Below are positions 9,486-17,132 of a stretch of DNA of 35,614 nt, in pieces. The stretch lies in the IMG/VR virus record IMGVR_UViG_3300030397_000307, positions 1 through 35,614 of that record; one strand, given 5' to 3'. Source of the DNA: a virus. Lineage: Duplodnaviria; Caudoviricetes. Each line of letters opens with the position of its first letter. Positions within the stretch are counted from its first letter, which is position 1. A program made the position numbers and the translations under genes. A model generated the notes under the pieces. It saw nothing but the letters and a program-made list of their open reading frames with translations, made no database searches and had not been told where the DNA came from.

Positions 9486-9832
9486 TGTTTGCTGAAAGAA
9501 CGCCAAAACAACTAGGTCAGTCGTTACCCAGCGATACGACTGCCGTCAGCATTTATAGCCCCGGGGACGGAATAACGGCTAGAATTACGGATATTTACAT
9601 CTGCAACGTGACGGGGAGTTCCGCCGATTTCAGAATATTTGTTGATGATGATGGGACCACATACTCAACAGCAACCGCGCTTTATTATGATGTAGCTCAG
9701 GGAGCTAATACGACAACCCATGTTGAAACTAATCTTTATATGAATAATTCAAGTGGGAATATTGCTGTCAGAACTGACACAAATAGCGCTCTTTGTTTTA
9801 CGATTTTTGGAGAAGAGTTTTCAACGACATAA
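9485..9832 (+). CDS. Small beta-sandwich protein, probable virion accessory
   Basis: Thr-rich 115 aa ORF (IYS...ITDIYICNV...FTIFGEE), a pattern typical of small phage structural proteins. Confidence 0.65.
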   Translation: MFAERTPKQLGQSLPSDTTAVSIYSPGDGITARITDIYICNVTGSSADFRIFVDDDGTTYSTATALYYDVAQGANTTTHVETNLYMNNSSGNIAVRTDTNSALCFTIFGEEFSTT

Positions 9833-9877
9833 TTATTTAATAGTTTGCGACAGAAAATTCTGATAACATTGGTGCAA

Positions 9878-10165
9878 ATGGCCAGACAAAGATATGTTTT
9901 TGAAGAAGATAAGTGGATCCCCGCAGAAGAGGCGAAAGGCAAGCGGTATGAGGGGCATTACGTCATAACCGACGAAATGGATGCGGCTATTAATCCAGCA
10001 GATGGACGAGTTTATACTAGCAAAGGCAAATTTCGCCAGGCGACTCGCGCAAATGGCTGTATTGAGATAGGAAACGAAAAAATAGAGGACCGCCGAAGCG
10101 CGAGTGTCCCAGGAGTCGGCAGAGCAATTGCTGAGGCAATGGAGCAGATTCATTCACGAAGGTAA
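9878..10165 (+). CDS. Conserved small phage protein preceding the scaffold
   Basis: ATG at 9878 preferred over TTG at 9845; D.M.....P.DG..YTSK..FR...RANGCIEIGNE motif. Confidence 0.7.
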   Translation: MARQRYVFEEDKWIPAEEAKGKRYEGHYVITDEMDAAINPADGRVYTSKGKFRQATRANGCIEIGNEKIEDRRSASVPGVGRAIAEAMEQIHSRR

Positions 10166-10166
10166 T

Positions 10167-11240
10167 ATGGCTGAAGAACAAGTAGAATCCCTACCAGAAG
10201 AAACACAAGGAGTGCTATCTCTCGGACAAGAGATAGCAAATGCATTAGATGCTGCTCAAGAGCCACAAGCTGAGGAAGCAGAGAGCGCTAGTCCTGAACC
10301 TAGCGCCACTGAAGAGATTTCTGACCAATCGGAGCCTGAAGAGGCGGACGAACCACAATCTGAGCCAGTTGAAGCAGAGCCAACTGAGCCAGAATCCCCG
10401 GCAATCGACGCACCCGCAGGCTGGTCAAAGAATGGAAAGAGCGCGTTTAAAGACCTGCCTTACGACCTGCAGAAAGAAGTAGCAGAAAACGTTAAGAACT
10501 TTCAACGTGACTACACCCGAAAAACCGAAGAACTGGCGAGGATGCGCCGTGATTTGGACCCCATAAAGGAACTGGTCGAGCCCATGAAGCCTCAGTTGGC
10601 TATGGAAGGGGTTGACCCGAGAACCTATCTCACAGGTCTTGTTCAAGTAGATACTCTACTTAGGCAAAAACCCGTAGAGGGAGCCAAATACGTACTAAAC
10701 CGTTTAGGAATAGATCCACGCCAATTAATTGATGCCGCCCAAGAATCAACTGGGGAAGCACAATTTGACCCACGGGTTCAGAACCTAACGGGTGAAATAC
10801 AGGGGATGAAGCAGTATTTACAGCAGCAGCAAGCGATGCAGCAACAGCAGGCTATGGAAGGCTTAAAAAGCGAAATAACCTCTTTTGCTCAAACGAAGAA
10901 CGAAAATGGGGAGCTAAAATACCCTCACTTTGAAGAAGTGTCGGCGGAAATGGTCCCATTAATCCACCACTTGCGAGCTACTGAACCTGGTCTTTCGAAC
11001 CATCAGGTCCTCGAGAAAGTTTACGATCGAGCGGTCTATGCCAATCCTGAGACCAGAAAGAAACTGCAAGACGCAGAAGCGGCCAAGGCTATAGCTGCTC
11101 AAGAGGCTGAGAAAAAGGCCAAGATAAAAGCAGCGAAGAAAGCCAGCGGTTCTGTTACTGGAGCACCCGGAGCCGGCGTGACTCCAACTCCTCCTACTGA
11201 TGTGCGTTCAGCCCTAGAAGAAGCTTGGGGCGGCTTGTAA
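10167..11240 (+). CDS. Capsid scaffolding protein
   Basis: Acidic Pro/Glu-rich N-terminus, AP..W motif, helical core, directly upstream of the MCP; ATG 10167 follows the stop at 10165. Confidence 0.8.
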   Translation: MAEEQVESLPEETQGVLSLGQEIANALDAAQEPQAEEAESASPEPSATEEISDQSEPEEADEPQSEPVEAEPTEPESPAIDAPAGWSKNGKSAFKDLPYDLQKEVAENVKNFQRDYTRKTEELARMRRDLDPIKELVEPMKPQLAMEGVDPRTYLTGLVQVDTLLRQKPVEGAKYVLNRLGIDPRQLIDAAQESTGEAQFDPRVQNLTGEIQGMKQYLQQQQAMQQQQAMEGLKSEITSFAQTKNENGELKYPHFEEVSAEMVPLIHHLRATEPGLSNHQVLEKVYDRAVYANPETRKKLQDAEAAKAIAAQEAEKKAKIKAAKKASGSVTGAPGAGVTPTPPTDVRSALEEAWGGL

Positions 11241-11268
11241 TGGGTAGAATCATTGGAGGAAATTTAAT

Positions 11269-12237
11269 ATGGCAACTCCCAATCTTAGTGAGATTGTCAC
11301 CACCACTTTGCGCAACCGCTCGAAGATGTTGGCTGACAACGTCACAAACAACAACGCACTACTCTATCGCTTAAACAGCAAAGGAAAAATTAAGCCTGTT
11401 TCTGGCGGTAGAACCATCGTTCAAGAGCTCGATCACACAGAGAACAGCACGTTTAAGCGCTATTCTGGATATGAAGTTCTTGATATTTCGCCGAGTGAAG
11501 TGATCTCCGCTGCGGAATTCAACTACAAGCAAGCGGCAGTAGCCGTTTCAATCTCTGGTCTTGAAGAGTTGCAAAACTCTGGACGAGAGGCATTGATTGA
11601 CTTGCTTGAAGCTCGAATTACTAACGCTGAGCGGACTTTGGTAAACAACATCGCATCTGACATTTACTCAGACGGTACAGCAAACTCTAGCAAACAGATT
11701 GGAGGACTCCAACATCTGGTTGCTGATGCAGGTACTGGAACAGTAGGTGGTATTAACTCGTCTACTTTTACTTTCTGGCAGAACGTAGCCTTTGACGCCA
11801 CTACAGACGGCGGTGCAGCTGCAACTTCTGCTAACATCCAGAGTTACATGAACCGGGTGTACGTACAATTGGTTCGTGGTATGGATCAGGTAGACTTGAT
11901 TGCTGCAGATGATGCTTACTGGAGACTCTATCTTGAGAGCCTACAATCTATTCAGCGTATTGCTGATGACGAAATGGCTCAAGCTGGATTCCAGACGCTT
12001 AAATACATGGGCGCAGATGTTGTGCTTGACGGCGGTGTTGGAACTAATGCTCCAGCAAATCACATGTACTTCCTTAACTGTGATTACTTATTCTTCCGAC
12101 CACATCGGGATAGGAACTTTGTCCCTCTCGATCCGGATAGATTCGCAGTTAACCAGGATGCAATGGTTAAACTCATTGCCTGGGCCGGGAATATGACAAC
12201 TAGCAACCGAAGTCTTCAAGGTGTTTTGAAAGACTAA
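11269..12237 (+). CDS. Major capsid protein (podovirus-type)
   Basis: GGAGG RBS; TTLRNRS..LADNVTNNNALL N-terminus and W.GNMT.SNR.LQGVL C-terminus typical of this MCP family; 322 aa. Confidence 0.92.
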   Translation: MATPNLSEIVTTTLRNRSKMLADNVTNNNALLYRLNSKGKIKPVSGGRTIVQELDHTENSTFKRYSGYEVLDISPSEVISAAEFNYKQAAVAVSISGLEELQNSGREALIDLLEARITNAERTLVNNIASDIYSDGTANSSKQIGGLQHLVADAGTGTVGGINSSTFTFWQNVAFDATTDGGAAATSANIQSYMNRVYVQLVRGMDQVDLIAADDAYWRLYLESLQSIQRIADDEMAQAGFQTLKYMGADVVLDGGVGTNAPANHMYFLNCDYLFFRPHRDRNFVPLDPDRFAVNQDAMVKLIAWAGNMTTSNRSLQGVLKD

Positions 12238-12245
12238 GTTGACAT

Positions 12246-12278
12246 AAAGGAGGGAGGGGAGTAGCTCCTCCTTCCTTT
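12246..12278 (+). terminator. Stem-loop after the MCP gene (terminator or attenuator)
   Basis: AAAGGAGGGAGGGG-AGTAG-CTCCTCCTTCCTTT, a 14 bp stem with 2 G-U pairs and only a short U-tract. Confidence 0.6.
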
Positions 12279-12297
12279 AAGAAAGGAGAAAATAATC

Positions 12298-12807
12298 ATG
12301 GCTGAACATTTTAATTCCCCTTCTGCGGGGATTGACTTAGATGCGGTGGGAACCGACCAATTGTTCCAGCTTGGAACTATCGTTTGTGGGTCTGACAGTT
12401 CAGGGAGTTATTCCGCTGAATATGTTTACGTACAAGCAAATGGCGCGGTCGCTCAGTACGCAGCAGCAGAGCTTTCAGAGGGTCAGATGACTGATATCTC
12501 TGTTTCTGATGCTACGGCTGGAACTAAGCCGCTTCAAGTTGTAATTCCACAAGTTGCTTTTGCTGACAACGAGTACGGTTGGGCAGTGATGAGTGGAAAC
12601 GGAACGGTGTTGTGTATTAGTGCCGGAGCAGCAGCTCCTGATGTAAGAATGTACCTTACATCAACTGATGGGCAACTAGATGATGTTGCGTTAACTAATG
12701 GTATGATTCACGGTCTAAGACTTACAGCCTCTGAAGGAGCTGTTGGTTCTAAGGCTACGTTTCATGCTTGTCAGCGCATGTCTGTAAACACTGACGCTCA
12801 AGCGTAA
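12298..12807 (+). CDS. Probable capsid decoration / cement protein
   Basis: AAGGAG RBS; directly after the MCP; EYVYVQA...AFADNEYGW...G.LDD pattern. Confidence 0.7.
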   Translation: MAEHFNSPSAGIDLDAVGTDQLFQLGTIVCGSDSSGSYSAEYVYVQANGAVAQYAAAELSEGQMTDISVSDATAGTKPLQVVIPQVAFADNEYGWAVMSGNGTVLCISAGAAAPDVRMYLTSTDGQLDDVALTNGMIHGLRLTASEGAVGSKATFHACQRMSVNTDAQA

Positions 12808-12814
12808 AAACCAA

Positions 12815-12836
12815 GGGGGCTTCGGCCCCCACATTT
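12815..12836 (+). terminator. GC hairpin with C(UUCG)G tetraloop
   Basis: GGGGGC-TTCG-GCCCCC then ACATTT (weak U-tract). Confidence 0.7.
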
Positions 12837-12843
12837 AAGGGCT

Positions 12844-13665
12844 ATGGAAAGAAGAGAGCTAAGGGCATTAGGTTCATATATTGAAGAAGTGGTAAGAATG
12901 TATATTGCCGCCCATGAAACAGGCTTTCATAATAGAGTAGCAGGAGAGCCGCTCCCGCAGTTTAAAGAGCGGTTTCTTTCTCTACTAGATACCCTAGCAG
13001 ATCCCATGGTTGAGGATCAGGGGTTAGATGGGATTGGAAGTTTTGTGCAAGATAAAGATGTAATTCTTTATGGCGGAGCAAATACCGCTAGAGGCCCTAA
13101 GCTAGATAATCCTTTTATTGTTAGAATAAACAATCACTACCTTTGGCAGCAAGACAACAGCAAGTGCGATGATGGCTATACAGAAACACATGGAGTGTAT
13201 CATGGCTGTGGTTACGCCGGTCTTTCTGCACAGTTTTTAAATATACCCCCTAATGGGCTTAAGTTCGTTGCTCAGAATATGGGCCATAGAAAACCTAGGT
13301 TTGCAGCATGGGCGAGGTCTCAAAAGGTTTATTATACAAGCTATGCAGAAAGAGATGGTGAGGAGTTTGAGAGAGGAGTAGATCCTGAAAAATACGAAGA
13401 AGTGTTTTCTTCTCTCATAGAAGTCTGCCCACAGCCTTTCACAGGTGTTTTGGCGGCTTTTCATTTATTAACTTTCCCTATCAAGAGTTTACATTTAACT
13501 GGGTTCGACTTCTATGCGGGAAGAGAGCACGTAAATAAAACGAAAGAAGACGGGAGAGAATACAGAGGCGAACACAGTTTGGATGACAATAAAGCAGCTA
13601 TGAGGGAAATACTAAATGATACAAGATGTCAACCAGACAGACTTTTACTCGACAGTTTACAATAA
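12844..13665 (+). CDS. GT29 (sialyltransferase-like) family glycosyltransferase
   Basis: Sialylmotif-like segments: L (KDVILYGGA...IVRINN), S (PFTGVLAAFHLL...LHLTGFDFY), VS-like (EHSLD). Confidence 0.65.
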   Translation: MERRELRALGSYIEEVVRMYIAAHETGFHNRVAGEPLPQFKERFLSLLDTLADPMVEDQGLDGIGSFVQDKDVILYGGANTARGPKLDNPFIVRINNHYLWQQDNSKCDDGYTETHGVYHGCGYAGLSAQFLNIPPNGLKFVAQNMGHRKPRFAAWARSQKVYYTSYAERDGEEFERGVDPEKYEEVFSSLIEVCPQPFTGVLAAFHLLTFPIKSLHLTGFDFYAGREHVNKTKEDGREYRGEHSLDDNKAAMREILNDTRCQPDRLLLDSLQ

Positions 13666-14230
13666 ACTGTACCAGATAGGATATCACGCCGATCCTAACT
13701 ATAGCCACAGCTTCGGGCTAATAGAGTATCTGCTTAAAAACTGTGATTTTGACACAATTTTGGACGTTGGCGCCTCTCATGGAGCAGCTGTCCATAAGTT
13801 GCAGTTCTCTGGAAAGAGCGCTCTCGGACTAGAAGTAAGCTTTGAGGCCGCAACAAGAGCAAATCATTTTGGTAGGCCAGTTCTCTGGGGCTGCGCAACG
13901 AAGATGCCTTTTGTGAACAACTTTTGCGACGCTGTGATGTCAACAGACATGATGGAGCATTTAAGACCAGATGATGTGGACCAAGCAGTGAGCGAATGTC
14001 GCAGGGTTGCTTCGAAATATATAGCTATGAAAATTTGCCCTATGGAAGAAGCAGCAGGTTGGGGGAGGAAGGTGGGAGTTGAGAACTTACATCTTACTGT
14101 TCAGCCAATGGAATGGTGGATAGATAAATTTAAAGCCCCTGAAGACGAATTGATTTTCCACGAAAGAGACACCTTTGTAATTGAACTTCATAAGGAGAAA
14201 ACAAATGCAAACGGGATTTGTGCCGACTAA
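13616..14230 (+). CDS. Class I SAM-dependent methyltransferase
   Basis: Motif I ILDVGASHG, GLEVS, MPF..N..DAV.STD.MEHL, and HLTVQP.EWW seen in glycan-associated methyltransferases. Confidence 0.88.
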   Translation: MIQDVNQTDFYSTVYNKLYQIGYHADPNYSHSFGLIEYLLKNCDFDTILDVGASHGAAVHKLQFSGKSALGLEVSFEAATRANHFGRPVLWGCATKMPFVNNFCDAVMSTDMMEHLRPDDVDQAVSECRRVASKYIAMKICPMEEAAGWGRKVGVENLHLTVQPMEWWIDKFKAPEDELIFHERDTFVIELHKEKTNANGICAD

Positions 14231-14819
14231 TACAGTTAATGGGCAAAGACTAGCCGAAAGAGAAACCCCTGTGCGGTTTTATCATAAGGCATGGGAAAAT
14301 AAGTTTGAAAGCAAGAAGCAAGGTCGTCCAATATTCGACGACCAGCTCTGGATAGACATCTACCACATGGGGAGCTCTGACATAACAGAGCGTCCTATGA
14401 GAGAAGAAGATAAACAGAAATACCCATTACAATGGGAGGCCTTCGAAAGAGAGGGCAATACTCCAATTATAGGGGTGCCTCTCGAAGAATGGCCAGGCTC
14501 TGGGCTTTCCGTCTCACGAATAGCAGAGCTTAAAGCTAATAATATTCAAACGATTGAAGACTTAGCGGCCTTTCCTGATGGGAGCTTAGAGAAGCTAGGG
14601 ATGGGAGGGCGAGAGTTACAAAGCCGCGCAAAGACATTCTTAAAGCTCCAGGACCAAGCAGAACCGCTTGAGGCGCTCAGTCGAGAAAACGAAGAGCTCA
14701 AAGCTCAGTTGGAAGAGGTTAGAGAGCAAATAAAACAACTGAGCCAACAACCAACAAAAAGGCCGAGAGGGCGGCCAAAGAAAGAGGGAGCAAGTCAATG
14801 CCTAGAAGACCAAGCTTAA
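14205..14819 (+). CDS. Conserved phage morphogenesis-region protein (HhH-like motif, coiled coil, basic tail)
   Basis: AAGGAG RBS before ATG 14205; GRPIF, PLEEWP, IQTIEDLA..D..L..LGMG; C-terminal KRPRGRPKK. Confidence 0.75.
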   Translation: MQTGFVPTNTVNGQRLAERETPVRFYHKAWENKFESKKQGRPIFDDQLWIDIYHMGSSDITERPMREEDKQKYPLQWEAFEREGNTPIIGVPLEEWPGSGLSVSRIAELKANNIQTIEDLAAFPDGSLEKLGMGGRELQSRAKTFLKLQDQAEPLEALSRENEELKAQLEEVREQIKQLSQQPTKRPRGRPKKEGASQCLEDQA

Positions 14820-14923
14820 GAGCGAGAAGAAGACCTGGAGCTCGTAGGCCCGCTATGCGGAGACCTGCGGTACGTAAAGGAACGATGAAAGCTAGAGCGC
14901 GTCGACGAAGGTCGATGTATTAA
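14798..14923 (+). CDS. 41 aa Arg-rich, protamine-like peptide (not in ORF track)
   Basis: GAGGGAG RBS; MPRRPSLRARRRPGARRPAMRRPAVRKGTMKARARRRRSMY; 16 Arg, 2 Lys, no acidic residues. Confidence 0.65.
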   Translation: MPRRPSLRARRRPGARRPAMRRPAVRKGTMKARARRRRSMY

Positions 14924-14935
14924 AGGAGAAACAAA

Positions 14936-15112
14936 ATGCCAAAAGGAATGAAACAAGCAGGAACTAAACACCCGTACGGGGTTAGTGGGAGAAAAAGAGG
15001 GGGCTCTATGGTTGACCGCGTTTACCACGGTGAAACAAGAGCCGATTCTGCCGGAAGCTATAAGGGCTCTAGGTCCACAAAGTCCGGTAAGAAAGGGAAG
15101 ATGTCTTACTAA
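14936..15112 (+). CDS. 58 aa basic Gly/Lys/Ser-rich peptide (not in ORF track)
   Basis: AAGGAG RBS; MPKGMKQAGTKHPYGVSGRKRGG...KSGKKGKMSY; fills the gap to 15128. Confidence 0.7.
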   Translation: MPKGMKQAGTKHPYGVSGRKRGGSMVDRVYHGETRADSAGSYKGSRSTKSGKKGKMSY

Positions 15113-15127
15113 TTAAAGAGGCTCAGA

Positions 15128-15997
15128 ATGTCTTTACTAACATTAATGCAAGATACATTTAATATTCTAGGACTTTCTGAGCCTTCTTCTGTGCTTAACA
15201 ATACAGACTCATCTGTTAAGCAAGCGTTGGCAATGTTGTACGATGTGGGGCAGGAGACTAGAGATAGGTTTGCATGGCCAGAGCTAAACAAAGAACACAC
15301 CATAACTCTTGTTGCTTCACAGCAGGGGTACGCCCTTCCTGACGACTACGATAGGCAAGTGTTTGAAACTCACTGGGCTCAATCGGAGCAATGGCCATTA
15401 ATTGGTCCAATAACTCCTCAGGAATGGAGAGCTAGGCAGGACGGGATTATTACCAGCAGCCCTAGACAACGTTTTAGAGTCCGTGGATATGATGGTTCTG
15501 AGATTCTTATTGACCCAACGCCTGATTCTGATGACGCAGGCAATACATTAATCTTTGAGTATCAGAGCACGGAATGGTTTCAGCCCCCGCAATGGGTCAC
15601 TAGCACATCATATTCTGCTAGTGATTATGTTTCTAATATTGGCAACGTATATCAAACGGCTGCCGGCGGAACATCTGGAGCTACCGCGCCAACGCACACT
15701 ACTGGCGATGCTTCAGATGGAACAGTCACATGGACATTCGTCAGCGATGAGTATGTAACCTTCAATAGTGATAATGACATTTTTATTATCGACGAGAGGC
15801 TATTAGGGCACGGGCTTAAGTGGCGGTTTATGGAGCAGAAAGGACTGCCTTTCGGCCATTATAGGGAGCTTTACGAAGCACAAATAAGAAGACACATCAG
15901 CCACCTTAGAGGGGCTAAAACACTTAACTTAGCACAACGTTCTGCGACGAGACTTCTCTCAGCAGAGAATGTGCCTGACACTGGATATGGATCGTAA
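15128..15997 (+). CDS. Tail adaptor / tubular protein A-like with an inserted CBM-like module
   Basis: MSLL...G...P.SV, W..L, Y.LP.D.DR, .LKWRF...KG core; insert W...T.Y...D.V...GNVY...GTSG.TAPTHT.G...DG.VTW. Confidence 0.75.
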   Translation: MSLLTLMQDTFNILGLSEPSSVLNNTDSSVKQALAMLYDVGQETRDRFAWPELNKEHTITLVASQQGYALPDDYDRQVFETHWAQSEQWPLIGPITPQEWRARQDGIITSSPRQRFRVRGYDGSEILIDPTPDSDDAGNTLIFEYQSTEWFQPPQWVTSTSYSASDYVSNIGNVYQTAAGGTSGATAPTHTTGDASDGTVTWTFVSDEYVTFNSDNDIFIIDERLLGHGLKWRFMEQKGLPFGHYRELYEAQIRRHISHLRGAKTLNLAQRSATRLLSAENVPDTGYGS

Positions 15998-15999
15998 CC

Positions 16000-17121
16000 A
16001 TGGCAAGCTTACAAGATTTACAAGCTATTTATTCCCAGCTCTCTCCTGAAGACCAGGCGATGGTCGATCAGTACATACAGCAACAGTACGGCGGTATGGG
16101 CGCAGGAGGCGCACAGCCGCAACAACCCTCTCCACAGGACCAGCTTATGGGAGCAGCCGGGCAAGGGCTAGCAGGAGGCGTTGTGGGCGGAGCTGTGAAG
16201 CCCGGAATAAGTGCCTTAGGGGAAGCTATGATGCCGGGGGCCGCGGCCCAGGCAGCAGGAGCAGCCCCAGCAGCGCCTCAATTACTAGGCGCAGCGGGAG
16301 GAGGCGCCCCTGCTGCCGGAGCAGCGGGAGCGGCAGGAGCTGTCCCAGCGGCCCCAGAGCTTGTTTCTGCCACAGCAGCCCCTGCAGGAGCTGGGGGAAT
16401 AGCAGAGGCATTGTCGGGAGCGCTTCCTACGGCGGGGATGCTGGGGATAGGAGCACTATGGGGTGGTAGCTTACTAGACCACGGGAAACCAGTTTTAGAA
16501 GGGAAGGGAGAAGGGGACGACATAGTTAAGCTGGCAGGGCTTTCTAATCCAATAACTGCCCCATTTGTATTCGCAGCTGATGCATTAGGCTTAGGTATTA
16601 AGTCCGGTAAAGGGAAGGACCAGAGACGAAGAGACGCTGTTCGTAAGCGAATGCAGGACGTCAATATGATTAATGATGACTTTGTTCTTGAGTTAAGCAC
16701 TCCAGAGGGAGGCACTTTTGGTTTTGACGTTGGCCGAGAAAGTATGGGCGAAGAGTTTGGAGATCGAAAGACCTACAACATCGATTGGGAACAACCTGGG
16801 GTAGGAGAGATAGCAGGCGGAGTTAACCCGTTAGCGGCGGTCCTTTCAGGTGGAGATGAGAAGTTAACTTCTGATTTCGCAGGGATGTTCACAAATGCGA
16901 TTACTCAAGGTGGACTAGACCCGAATCAGGCCACTAGAGAGCTTTATGATAAAGCGGGGCTAAGTTGGGGAGATGCCAAGCATAGTGTTGCTCAACAGTG
17001 GCAGGATGGGAAGATAGACGAAGATACTCGCGACGCATACTTTGCAGCTATTGATGCTACATTCGGTGTTGAAAATACGACGGGAGGACGATGGACTCCT
17101 GAAGCAGGCGGATTTGCTTAA
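16000..17121 (+). CDS. Gly/Ala-rich protein, possible internal virion/ejection protein
   Basis: Low-complexity G/A/Q/P N-half, hydrophobic segments, helical C-half. Confidence 0.55.
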   Translation: MASLQDLQAIYSQLSPEDQAMVDQYIQQQYGGMGAGGAQPQQPSPQDQLMGAAGQGLAGGVVGGAVKPGISALGEAMMPGAAAQAAGAAPAAPQLLGAAGGGAPAAGAAGAAGAVPAAPELVSATAAPAGAGGIAEALSGALPTAGMLGIGALWGGSLLDHGKPVLEGKGEGDDIVKLAGLSNPITAPFVFAADALGLGIKSGKGKDQRRRDAVRKRMQDVNMINDDFVLELSTPEGGTFGFDVGRESMGEEFGDRKTYNIDWEQPGVGEIAGGVNPLAAVLSGGDEKLTSDFAGMFTNAITQGGLDPNQATRELYDKAGLSWGDAKHSVAQQWQDGKIDEDTRDAYFAAIDATFGVENTTGGRWTPEAGGFA

Positions 17122-17132
17122 AGGAGAATGTT

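Noticed and set aside
12215-12240. Programmed frameshift extension of the MCP (T7 10B-like)
   Set aside because: No canonical slippery heptamer at the MCP end, and the downstream gene has its own RBS
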